The notes under the pieces were generated by a model, which searched no databases, was not told the DNA's origin, and worked only from the letters and a program-made list of their open reading frames with translations. The translations under genes and the position numbers were made by a program. From NCBI GenBank assembly GCA_038153405.1, contig JAYOYH010000010.1:31520-95519 (forward strand): a stretch of DNA of 64,000 bases, written 5' to 3'. The DNA is from Gemmatimonadota bacterium. Lineage in GTDB: Bacteria; Latescibacterota; UBA2968; UBA8231. Of this stretch, positions 27,928 through 36,638 are shown one piece after another (positions within the stretch are counted from its first letter, which is position 1; the number at the start of each line of letters is the position of its first letter).

Positions 27928-28144
27928 AAAAATCTAAAAGCCAGCAATCGCCCCCGACAAGATTGCGGAGGGCTTAGGTCCTCTTTTTTCATCAACGTGA
28001 CTTTTTCTTTTCTTTTACCTTGATGCATACGTCTTTTTTCTAGTAAAATTGCCCTCATTCCAAATTTTCTATTGTCATTTTGATTGAAATAGGCTTAAAT
28101 TTGCTTAGTAGGTAAACATAATACTTTTCTAAGGGAGATATACG

Positions 28145-29863
28145 ATGGCTAGAGGAGCCGACGTCGTCATTGAAGCACTCGACCGCTTCGGGGTCGAGTA
28201 CGTCTTCGGCCACCCCGGCGGGGCCGCTATGCCCATTTTTGACGCCCTGCTCAATTCGGACCAGATCAAGTTCGTGCTCACGCGCCACGAGCAGGGCGCC
28301 ACCCACATGGCCGACGGCTACGCGCGCGCCACGGGCAAGCCCGGTGTCGCCCTCGTAACATCGGGCCCGGGGGCCACCAACACGATCACCGGCTTGCTGA
28401 CAGCGCAGATGGACTCATCGCCCATTATCGTGCTCACAGGGCAGACCATCACCTCGATGCTCGGCAAGGACGCCTTTCAGGAAGCCGACGTATTCGGCAT
28501 CTCCATGCCCGTCGTCAAGCACTCCTACTTGGTCAAGGATCCCGACGAGATCCCCCGCATTATGATGGAAGCGTTTCACATTGCCACCACGGGGCGCACG
28601 GGACCCGTACTCATCGATCTGCCCAAGGACGTAACGCAGGGAGCGCCTTTTCCAGAGTGCACGACCAGTTTTCCCGAGAAAGTGTATCTGCCCGGATACC
28701 ACTGGCAGCCCAAGGCCAATCCGGACCTCCTGCGCGAAGCGGCCGACCTCATTCGCCAGAGCAAACGCCCCCTGCTCTATCTGGGCGGTGGCTGCATTGC
28801 GGCCGGAGCCCACGAGGCGGCAAAGGCCTTTGCTGAGAAAACGCGCATGGCCGTTACCAACACCCTGCTGGGCAAGGGTGCCTTCCCAGAGCAGCACGAA
28901 CTGTCGGTCGGCATGTTGGGGATGCACGGCACGGCCTACGCCAACAAAGCCGTTGTCGGCTGTGACCTAATCATGTCCGTCGGCGGCCGCTGGGACGACC
29001 GCATCACCGGCAAGCTCTCTGAGTTCTGTCCCGACGCAAAGAAAATCCACATCGATATCGACCCGGCCGAACACGGCAAAGTCATCATGCCGGACGTCTT
29101 CATCGAAGGCGATGCGCGCCAGGTCCTCGAAGAGTTGATCAACCTTGTTGAACCGCTTGACAGCGGCCAGTGGCTAGCGCAAATAGACGAGTGGAAGGAA
29201 AAATACCCGCTGAAATACGGCAAGCGCGGCGGCCTTAAAATGCAGGCCGTCATCGATCGGATCTACCACTTGACCGCCGGCCGCGCCATCGTCACCACCG
29301 ACGTCGGTCAGCACCAGATGTGGGCGGCACAGTTCTATAAGACAGCACATCACCGGCAGTGGCTCTCCTCGGGCGGCGCCGGCACCATGGGCTTTGGTTT
29401 CCCCGCTGCCATCGGCGCTCAATTCGGACGACCCGATGACATAGTCATCGCCATTGCCGGCGACGGCGGTTTTCAAATGACGCTGTGCGAATTGGCCACG
29501 GCCTGTATCCACCGCCTGCCAATCAAAATCTTGGTGCTCGATAACAAGTATCTCGGCATGGTACGCCAGTGGCAAAACCTCTTTTTCGACAACCGCCTGT
29601 CCGGCGTAGACCTGGATGGCAACCCCGACTTCGTCAAGCTCATTGAAGCGTACGGCGGCAAGGGCTTCCATCTGCGCCGCACCGCCGATATCGACAAGGT
29701 GTTGAAACAGGCTCTCGATTACAACGAGGGTCCCTGCCTCATCCACGCCGAGTGCGAAAAAGAAGACAATGTCTTCCCGATGATTCCGGCTGGCGCCGCC
29801 ATAAGCGAGATGCTCACAGAAGCGCCCAAGCACAAACTGGCGCAACCCAAAGGGAGTACCTGA
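28145..29863 (+). CDS. ilvB: Acetolactate synthase large subunit, biosynthetic type
   Basis: [50 protein letters not shown]. Confidence 0.96.
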   Translation: MARGADVVIEALDRFGVEYVFGHPGGAAMPIFDALLNSDQIKFVLTRHEQGATHMADGYARATGKPGVALVTSGPGATNTITGLLTAQMDSSPIIVLTGQTITSMLGKDAFQEADVFGISMPVVKHSYLVKDPDEIPRIMMEAFHIATTGRTGPVLIDLPKDVTQGAPFPECTTSFPEKVYLPGYHWQPKANPDLLREAADLIRQSKRPLLYLGGGCIAAGAHEAAKAFAEKTRMAVTNTLLGKGAFPEQHELSVGMLGMHGTAYANKAVVGCDLIMSVGGRWDDRITGKLSEFCPDAKKIHIDIDPAEHGKVIMPDVFIEGDARQVLEELINLVEPLDSGQWLAQIDEWKEKYPLKYGKRGGLKMQAVIDRIYHLTAGRAIVTTDVGQHQMWAAQFYKTAHHRQWLSSGGAGTMGFGFPAAIGAQFGRPDDIVIAIAGDGGFQMTLCELATACIHRLPIKILVLDNKYLGMVRQWQNLFFDNRLSGVDLDGNPDFVKLIEAYGGKGFHLRRTADIDKVLKQALDYNEGPCLIHAECEKEDNVFPMIPAGAAISEMLTEAPKHKLAQPKGST

Positions 29864-29865
29864 TT

Positions 29866-30441
29866 ATGCAGCCCACTATTGCCTTTGACGAAAAGGAGCT
29901 CAACGCGCGGCAGGCCGCCGTCGATGCACCGCAACTGCGGGCGGCTACGCCGAACGAGAAGTCTACCATAGGCCTGCTGGTCAACGATCGCCCTGGCGTG
30001 CTCGTTCGCATCGCCCAAGTTTTTGCTCGACGCGGCTACAACATTGAGAACTTGGTCGTCTCGCAGGCCCATATTCCCAATACCTCGCGCATGACCATTA
30101 CCTGTATCGGGCCAGAGAACGAGCTCCAGCAGATCATTCTGCAGCTCAACAAATTGGTCGACGTCATCCACGCCAAAGACCACACAGACGACCAAGCCAT
30201 CGCGCGCGAGTTGGCCCTCTTCAAAATCGGCTGCACGGTTTCCGAACGCACCGAAGTGCTGCAAATAGCGGAGGTGTTTCGCGGCAAGACCGTCGATATC
30301 TCGTCGGAGACCATCACAATAGAAGCGACGGGGACTACAGAAAAAATGGACGCCCTGCGCGCGCTGCTAGACAAATTTGCGATAAAGGAAATGGTGCGGA
30401 CCGGCAAAGTCGTCATGGCCCGCGGCGACCAGAGCACCTGA
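29866..30441 (+). CDS. ilvN: Acetolactate synthase small regulatory subunit
   Basis: LVNDRPGVLVRIAQVFARRGYNIENL ACT domain, QLNKLVDV, EMVRTG; ATG 29866 after SD GGGAG. Confidence 0.94.
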   Translation: MQPTIAFDEKELNARQAAVDAPQLRAATPNEKSTIGLLVNDRPGVLVRIAQVFARRGYNIENLVVSQAHIPNTSRMTITCIGPENELQQIILQLNKLVDVIHAKDHTDDQAIARELALFKIGCTVSERTEVLQIAEVFRGKTVDISSETITIEATGTTEKMDALRALLDKFAIKEMVRTGKVVMARGDQST

Positions 30442-30447
30442 TGCGGC

Positions 30448-30488
30448 ATTGAGGCACGGCTTTCCAAGAAGGCTCGCCGTGCCTCAAT
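30448..30488 (+). terminator. Stem-loop after ilvN (no U-tract)
   Basis: ATTGAGGCACGGC / GCCGTGCCTCAAT 13-bp perfect inverted repeat. Confidence 0.55.
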
Positions 30489-30513
30489 CACTCCATTGGA
30501 ATAGGAGATTCCT

Positions 30514-30891
30514 TTGAGCGAAAAACCGACCTGGACGCTGCTGCTGATCGACCCGAGCGCCATGTCGCGCGCCACGCTCAAACGCCAGCTGGAGTACTAT
30601 GGCTACGCCGTGAGCGAAGCCGAAAGCGGGCGCGGCGGCGTGCAGCTATTCCAACAGCAGCACCGCGAAATCGATCTGATCGTTCTCGATATGGGTATCG
30701 GCGACGTGCCCGGAGCCAACGTCCTGCAAGTGCTGCAGAAGATACGCCCCGAAGCCAACGTTATTCTCATCACCGACCAAGCGCTGGCCGATGGGCGCGC
30801 CCTGCCGGAAGGCGTGGCCGGCGTGCTCAAAAAACCCGTGCGCACCGACCGTCTACTCGCCGTCGTTGGCAAAGCCTTAGGACGCACGTGA
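30514..30891 (+). CDS. Single-domain response regulator receiver protein
   Basis: TTG start after SD AGGAG; IDLIVLD, VILIT, LKKP. Confidence 0.8.
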   Translation: MSEKPTWTLLLIDPSAMSRATLKRQLEYYGYAVSEAESGRGGVQLFQQQHREIDLIVLDMGIGDVPGANVLQVLQKIRPEANVILITDQALADGRALPEGVAGVLKKPVRTDRLLAVVGKALGRT

Positions 30892-31475
30892 ACTGGACGC
30901 CGCCCGCGCACTGTCGGGGCCTCCTATTTGACTGCGATGGCACGCTCGTCGACTCCATGCCGCTCCACTATCGGGCCTGGTGCACGACGCTCAACCGCCA
31001 TGGCCTCGCCTTTCCCGAAACGCAGTTCTACGCCTGGGCTGGCCTCCCCATTGCCGACATCATAGCGCGCCTCAGCGCGGCACAGGGCATCGACGTCGAC
31101 ATCGATGCCGTTGCCGCCGAACGCGATCAGTGCTTTCACAGTCTGTCCACGTGCGCTATGCAGCCGGTTCAACCCGTTGTCGAAATCGCCCGAGCCCATC
31201 GCCAGGTCCTGCCCATGGCCGTGGCTACCGGCAGCACCCACGCGTCGGCCAGCGCCTCGCTGGAAGCCATAGGGATATTGCCTTGGTTTGCTGCCGTGGT
31301 AAGTTCTTTAGACGCCGGACGGGCCAAACCCGCACCCGATGTCTTCTTGGCTGCTGCGCGGGCCATCGGCGTTCCGGCCGACTCCTGCGTTGCCTTTGAA
31401 GACGGCGATACGGGCTTAGAAGCAGCCCGCGCTGCGGGCATGTTGGCCATCGATATTCGACCGTGGTTGAAATGA
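30888..31475 (+). CDS. HAD-family phosphatase (YqaB / beta-phosphoglucomutase-like)
   Basis: FDCDGTLVDSMPLH, VATGS, KPAPD, FEDG. Confidence 0.9.
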   Translation: MNWTPPAHCRGLLFDCDGTLVDSMPLHYRAWCTTLNRHGLAFPETQFYAWAGLPIADIIARLSAAQGIDVDIDAVAAERDQCFHSLSTCAMQPVQPVVEIARAHRQVLPMAVATGSTHASASASLEAIGILPWFAAVVSSLDAGRAKPAPDVFLAAARAIGVPADSCVAFEDGDTGLEAARAAGMLAIDIRPWLK

Positions 31476-31493
31476 CTCGAACGAGGAATTGCC

Positions 31494-32399
31494 ATGTCTA
31501 TACGACCCGTTAAATCCACCCTGCAGGCGCAACCAACCCAAGAAGGTGCCGGCGTTAAGCTGCACCGCGGCTTCGGCTTTGGCCAGACGAACGAGACCGA
31601 TCCATTCCTGCTCTTCGACGACTTTCGCAACGAAAATCCCCAGGACTATCTGGCCGGCTTTCCCTGGCACCCGCATCGGGGCATTGAAACCATTACCTAT
31701 GTGCTGGCCGGAACTGTAGCACACGGCGACAGCTTGGGCAACAGCGGCGATCTCGGCGCCGGCGACGTGCAGTGGATGACCGCCGGTCGGGGCATTTTGC
31801 ACCAAGAGATGCCGCGCGGCGATGCGGCCGGTCGCATGCACGGATTTCAGCTATGGGCCAACCTCCCCTCGTCGCTAAAAATGACGGCGCCGCGCTATCA
31901 GGACGTGCTGTCGAAGGACATCCCTGCAATCACCGACGACGACGGTACGACGGCACGCATTATCTGCGGCCAGTTTTGGGGACAGAAAGGCGTAGTCGAC
32001 GGCATCGCCGCCGACCCATGCTATCTGGATATTTCGATTCCGCCCAACCAGTTCAAAATACTACCCGTCGACACCTACCGCAGCGCCTTTGCCTATATCT
32101 TTGCCGGATCGGGCTGGTTCCGCGACGCCTCGGCGCCGCAGGCCGTGCAAACGGAGATCCTCGGACAAGTCGCCCCGGGTGAGGTCGATGCCTTGGGCAA
32201 CCGCTCGCTCGTGCTCTTTGACGGCGGCGACCAAGTAGCGGTGCAGGCCGGTCCCGAAGGCATGCGCTTTCTGCTTATTTCGGGTCGCCCCATTGAAGAG
32301 CCCGTCGCCTGGTACGGCCCCATCGTTATGAATACCGAAGCCGAACTGCGACAGGCCTTCAGCGAACTGCAAAACGGCACGTTTATTGCAGACCGCTAG
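31494..32399 (+). CDS. Pirin family protein
   Basis: DPFLLFD, GFPWHPHRGIETITY, QWMTAGRGILHQEMP, GPIVMN. Confidence 0.95.
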   Translation: MSIRPVKSTLQAQPTQEGAGVKLHRGFGFGQTNETDPFLLFDDFRNENPQDYLAGFPWHPHRGIETITYVLAGTVAHGDSLGNSGDLGAGDVQWMTAGRGILHQEMPRGDAAGRMHGFQLWANLPSSLKMTAPRYQDVLSKDIPAITDDDGTTARIICGQFWGQKGVVDGIAADPCYLDISIPPNQFKILPVDTYRSAFAYIFAGSGWFRDASAPQAVQTEILGQVAPGEVDALGNRSLVLFDGGDQVAVQAGPEGMRFLLISGRPIEEPVAWYGPIVMNTEAELRQAFSELQNGTFIADR

Positions 32400-32422
32400 C
32401 CCCACACCGGTCCCACCAAAAC

Positions 32423-32468
32423 GCAAAAGGCCCCGTTAGATCCATATCTAACGGGGCCTTCTTTTTTG
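32423..32468. terminator. Bidirectional intrinsic terminator between convergent pirin and TonB-receptor genes
   Basis: AAGGCCCCGTTAGAT-ccat-ATCTAACGGGGCCTT flanked by A- and T-tracts. Confidence 0.9.
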
Positions 32469-32485
32469 CCTCTTACATAGTGCGA

Positions 32486-35335
32486 CTAAAACGCTGTACT
32501 TAGCTGCAGTACAGTAAGACGACCGATCATCGGCGCACCGACGAACTCGATGTGCTCGTTGTCCAGCGCGTTCGCTATATCCAGCGTCAAGCGCACATCC
32601 TCGTACTTGTTACTGGTAGGAAATTGATAGCTGACGCTCAGATCCGACACCATGTATTCGCCAACTTTGCCGACATACACGCCCGAGCTCTGACGGAACG
32701 AGTCGCTGTAACGATGCTGTAAACCCAGACTTAGACCCGAATGTGTAGTATACTTCATACCCCATTTGAGCTTCAGCTTCGGCGCGTTGAGCGCGATATC
32801 GGCTATGCCGTCGACGTCCTCAAAGAAGTTGTTCTGGATATAGGCCAAACCGCCCGAAACCATCAGCGCATCGCTGGCGTAGTAGGCCATATTCAGATCG
32901 AGACCGCTCGTGGTCACCTTACCGAAGTTGCGATAAGTGAGAATCAGCGCCGTCGGATCGTAGGCCTGCTCGGGCGATACGGTCCCATATGGAATGCTGG
33001 CCGCACCGCGCACAAAGAGCGCCGTCACTTCGTCGACGGCCGTGCCGTTGCCGTTGCCTTCCAACACACCAGGCAGTTGAACAGCGTCCAGCGCGGCGAC
33101 GGCCCCGGCGACTTGGGCATTGGCCGGGTCGGCCATCGCCGCGGCAATGCCCGGGCCCAGCGCGGCCGCCAAACTCGTCGGCTCAAGGAATACGTTGGGG
33201 GTTTCCACCGCCAGCGGACCGACGAAGTTTTCCGTCGTCGTGCGATAGGCGTCGGCGGCAATGACCAGCTTGTTGCCCAGCACGCCCTTATAGCCGAGTT
33301 CGAATGTATTCGTCGTCGTTGAACGCGTAAACGGCACGTCGTAGGCATCGGCGACCGGATCAAAGGGGGCCGCATCGCCCGCCGCAACTTTTTCCAAGTT
33401 GAGCGACATCAGCATATTGTCGAGCCCTGCCAGCTGCTGCGGTATCAGCGACGGCAGCGACGCGGCTAGCGCACCTGCCGTGGCCTGCGCCGTCGCCGCA
33501 TCCATGCCAGCCGCCTGAAGCTGACCGGTGACCAGCTGCGTGAAAACAGGCGTAACCTGCGCAAGAGTCGCACCGCGGCCTACGCCCCACATAACGTTAG
33601 TGAAGATCGGATCGTCCATGTTCCAGTACTGCTCGGGCGACGCGCCGGCCAGCGGCGCAAACGGCGAGCGGAACTGCGGACGGCCATTGGCCGAGCGCAT
33701 AAAGCTCATGCCACCGTCAAAGCCCCCGCGATAGGTGCCCTGGGCGCGCACGTCAAAGCTCGGCGCAAAGCCAAATGCGGGCTGAAACAGCGCTCCAGTG
33801 CCGAAAGCATCGCGCGAAGATACAAGATCGAGGTACATATTGTTGCTGCCCGGCGTTGAGAACGCCCTATTGTAGGTCAGGCGCAGCGTCTGCGCATCCG
33901 TCGGCTTAAATACCAGCGCCGCGCGCGGGCTAACGGCCGCGTCGGGAATGCGGTTGTGATCGTCGTAGCGCGCAGCCAGCACCAGCTCCAACTGATCGGT
34001 CAGCGACGTTTCGCTCTGCAAATAGAGACCGAATTCGTTGGTGTCGTCGTCGTTTTCATTGGCGCCGTTGATCGTGCCTTCCGTATCGGGCCGCGTGCGC
34101 AGCACATCGGTGCCGTAGGTAAAGCGCTGGCGGGCACCAAGATCAAAGGAGTGTTGTAACTGGTAAACCGTCAGACTCGACTTATCGCGAATGGGATCAC
34201 CGCTGCGCAGCAAAAAGGTATCGCCCGCATCGGTCCAGTTCTGAAAAGTCTGGAAGAACAGTCCCTTGTAGAGAACGCGCGCCTGGTAGTAGCCGCTGAC
34301 CCAGCCGTCGGCCTGGCCGGCGCCCAGCCCCGTCATCTCTATGTTGCTTGCACTATTATACCCGCTTGAAACGACGGCTGTTAGGTCGTCGCTCGGCCTG
34401 TAATCAAGACGGAACTCGGAGGACATACGCGACAGGTCGTAGTCGCGCTCTCTTATCTCTTCTGGATCGACATACTCCCAGTCCTTACCCAAAAATGTCT
34501 GCATCGAGAGCTTATACCCTAGCTTCTCCCCTATTTTTCCTGCGTGACGCGCGGATATACTGCGGACGTTACGCTCCCCTAAGAAACCCAAGTTAACATT
34601 CGTCCCCTGCTGATCCAGCGGCGAGCGCGTTATAATGTGCATTACGCCGTTCGCGCTGTTGGGACCGTAGAGCGCCGAACCAGGCCCCAGCACGAGTTCG
34701 ATGCGCTCAATATCATCGTTGGTAACGGGAATGAAGTTGTAGGCATTCAGGCGCAGCGAGGGCACGCGCGCGATGCGATTGTCCGTCAGCGTCAGCAGCG
34801 CGCCGGAAAAGATATTGTTAAAACCGCGCGCCACGACATTGGCCTGGGCCAAGCCCGTCTGTGCAAAGTCAACGGCCGGCAGGTCGCGAATATGCTCGGC
34901 CACTGAAGACACCGGCTGCGCGCGAATATCGTCCGCCTCTATGACAGAGACGGAAGCTGGTGCATCGAGAATTTTCTCCTGTCGCCGCGAGGCCGAAACC
35001 ACGCTCTGACCGAGCAGAATAACCTCGTCGCGCAGCACCAAATCGAGGGTCAGCCGAGCGCCGCTGCCCACGTTCACATCAGCGCGGACCAGCTCTTCGT
35101 AGCCGATATGCGTAACGCGCAGCACATAGCGACCAACGGGCACATCGTCCAGCGAAAATCGTCCCTCCTCGTCGCTAATGGCTCCCGTCTTAAAGCCCCC
35201 GCCTTCCAACGCGACATTAGCACCGACAATAGCTTCTCCATCCGCATCTGTAACCATTCCAGAAAGGTCTGAATTTCCCTGACCCAATGCGCTGGCTGCC
35301 CACATTACACACAAAACAGCCCACAATCTCACCAT
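32486..35335 (-). CDS. TonB-dependent receptor with N-terminal carboxypeptidase-regulatory-like domain
   Basis: GMVTDADGEAIVGANV, VVSASRRQEKILDAPASVSVI, IERIELVLGPGSALYG..SANGV, NALD...GR, C-terminal Phe. Confidence 0.95.
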   Translation of the reverse strand: MVRLWAVLCVMWAASALGQGNSDLSGMVTDADGEAIVGANVALEGGGFKTGAISDEEGRFSLDDVPVGRYVLRVTHIGYEELVRADVNVGSGARLTLDLVLRDEVILLGQSVVSASRRQEKILDAPASVSVIEADDIRAQPVSSVAEHIRDLPAVDFAQTGLAQANVVARGFNNIFSGALLTLTDNRIARVPSLRLNAYNFIPVTNDDIERIELVLGPGSALYGPNSANGVMHIITRSPLDQQGTNVNLGFLGERNVRSISARHAGKIGEKLGYKLSMQTFLGKDWEYVDPEEIRERDYDLSRMSSEFRLDYRPSDDLTAVVSSGYNSASNIEMTGLGAGQADGWVSGYYQARVLYKGLFFQTFQNWTDAGDTFLLRSGDPIRDKSSLTVYQLQHSFDLGARQRFTYGTDVLRTRPDTEGTINGANENDDDTNEFGLYLQSETSLTDQLELVLAARYDDHNRIPDAAVSPRAALVFKPTDAQTLRLTYNRAFSTPGSNNMYLDLVSSRDAFGTGALFQPAFGFAPSFDVRAQGTYRGGFDGGMSFMRSANGRPQFRSPFAPLAGASPEQYWNMDDPIFTNVMWGVGRGATLAQVTPVFTQLVTGQLQAAGMDAATAQATAGALAASLPSLIPQQLAGLDNMLMSLNLEKVAAGDAAPFDPVADAYDVPFTRSTTTNTFELGYKGVLGNKLVIAADAYRTTTENFVGPLAVETPNVFLEPTSLAAALGPGIAAAMADPANAQVAGAVAALDAVQLPGVLEGNGNGTAVDEVTALFVRGAASIPYGTVSPEQAYDPTALILTYRNFGKVTTSGLDLNMAYYASDALMVSGGLAYIQNNFFEDVDGIADIALNAPKLKLKWGMKYTTHSGLSLGLQHRYSDSFRQSSGVYVGKVGEYMVSDLSVSYQFPTSNKYEDVRLTLDIANALDNEHIEFVGAPMIGRLTVLQLSTAF

Positions 35336-35399
35336 GAAATAATCCCTCCCTTAAGCGGGTAAGCACATATTGTAACTTGGCGTTGCACTCCTATATAAC

Positions 35400-35427
35400 A
35401 ATCCATTTGCAACGCAGCAAATGGATT
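35400..35427. promoter_or_regulatory. Perfect inverted repeat in the divergent promoter region; candidate operator
   Basis: AATCCATTTGC-N6-GCAAATGGATT. Confidence 0.55.
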
Positions 35428-35473
35428 TTTATGTTTTCGAGCCACACACACTCCTACCCCATTTAGAGGCAGT

Positions 35474-36493
35474 ATGTCCGATACGCTCAAATTGGCCTTT
35501 GTCGGCTGCGGGGCAATCGCCCGCTATCACTTGGACGGCCTTTCTGAACACGCACCCAACGTGCGCGTGACGGCCTGCGTCGATCCCGATCCAGAAAAAG
35601 CGCACGCCTATGCCAAAGAGACTGGCGGTCGCGCCTTCGCCTCCATCGATGAAGCGCTGGCCGAGGGCGACTTTGACGCCGTCGACCTGATGTTACCACA
35701 CGACTTGCACGAGCGCATTGCCATTCAGTGTCTGCAGGCGGGCAAGCACGTCCTGTTGGAAAAACCCATGGCGCCTACGCTCGACGCGTGCGATCGAATT
35801 TTACAGGTGGCAAAGGGCACAGACGTCGTCTTTATGGTCGCAGAAAACGCCCAGTACTGGCCTGAAATCGTCAAGGCAAAAGAGCTGATAGATAACGGCG
35901 CTATTGGCGAGATCATCACCGCGCGCGCAGCCTTTGTCTACGAGTACGACGACTACTGGTTTAAGGAGGCACGGCCCTGGCGCTTTGACCGCGGGCGCAC
36001 GGGCGGCGGCATCACCATCGACGGCGGTTCGCACTGGATACGCCCCCTGCGCATGTGGATGGGTGAACTGGACGCGGTGGTCGGGGTCATCGGCCACCCT
36101 CTACGGCAAATGGAGGGCGAGTCGCTCACCCGTGCCCTGTTCCGCTTCGAATCGGGCAAAGTGGCGCAGTTCGATGCCATGATGATCGATACGGTTTTCG
36201 CCCCCGAACCCTGGTGGCGCATTACTGGCACTCTAGGCGAGATCACTATCAGCGCTAGTCTGGCCGGCGCCGAACTCTGGCTGTGGAACGCCGCCCACCG
36301 CGAGGGGGAGAAAGTATTTTCCAGCCCGGGTTATCCCCAGTCATTTGGTCCAGAGATCGCCGATTTTGCCGCGGCCGTTTTACGCGGCAAGGCACTCGAA
36401 GCGGGTCCAGAATACGCGCTCGGGGAACTCCGCGCCGCGCTGGCGATTTATCGCTCGGTTGAGACCGAGCGCTGGGAGCGCGTCTGGGACTGA
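35474..36493 (+). CDS. Gfo/Idh/MocA family oxidoreductase
   Basis: VGCGAIA, GKHVLLEKPMA, GGGITIDGGSH. Confidence 0.93.
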   Translation: MSDTLKLAFVGCGAIARYHLDGLSEHAPNVRVTACVDPDPEKAHAYAKETGGRAFASIDEALAEGDFDAVDLMLPHDLHERIAIQCLQAGKHVLLEKPMAPTLDACDRILQVAKGTDVVFMVAENAQYWPEIVKAKELIDNGAIGEIITARAAFVYEYDDYWFKEARPWRFDRGRTGGGITIDGGSHWIRPLRMWMGELDAVVGVIGHPLRQMEGESLTRALFRFESGKVAQFDAMMIDTVFAPEPWWRITGTLGEITISASLAGAELWLWNAAHREGEKVFSSPGYPQSFGPEIADFAAAVLRGKALEAGPEYALGELRAALAIYRSVETERWERVWD

Positions 36494-36498
36494 TACTC

Positions 36499-36527
36499 TT
36501 GCACCACATTTTCCTTTTAGATATATT
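36499..36527 (+). promoter_or_regulatory. Putative sigma70 promoter of ppdK-parA-parB
   Basis: TTGCAC-17-TATATT. Confidence 0.5.
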
Positions 36528-36638
36528 ATGCGGTTGTATACGATGGGCCCCCCGCTTGCGATATGCGGCTCAGGTGCGCAAACGCGCTCTACCCGATTTT
36601 CCGGTCAACTACAACCATTAGCGAAAGTGTATTGAGGC

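Noticed and set aside
28023..28043. Tiny ORF MHTSFF upstream of ilvB as an attenuator leader
   Set aside because: It has no Ile/Leu/Val codons, no SD and no downstream attenuator hairpin, and it lies within a probable promoter spacer.
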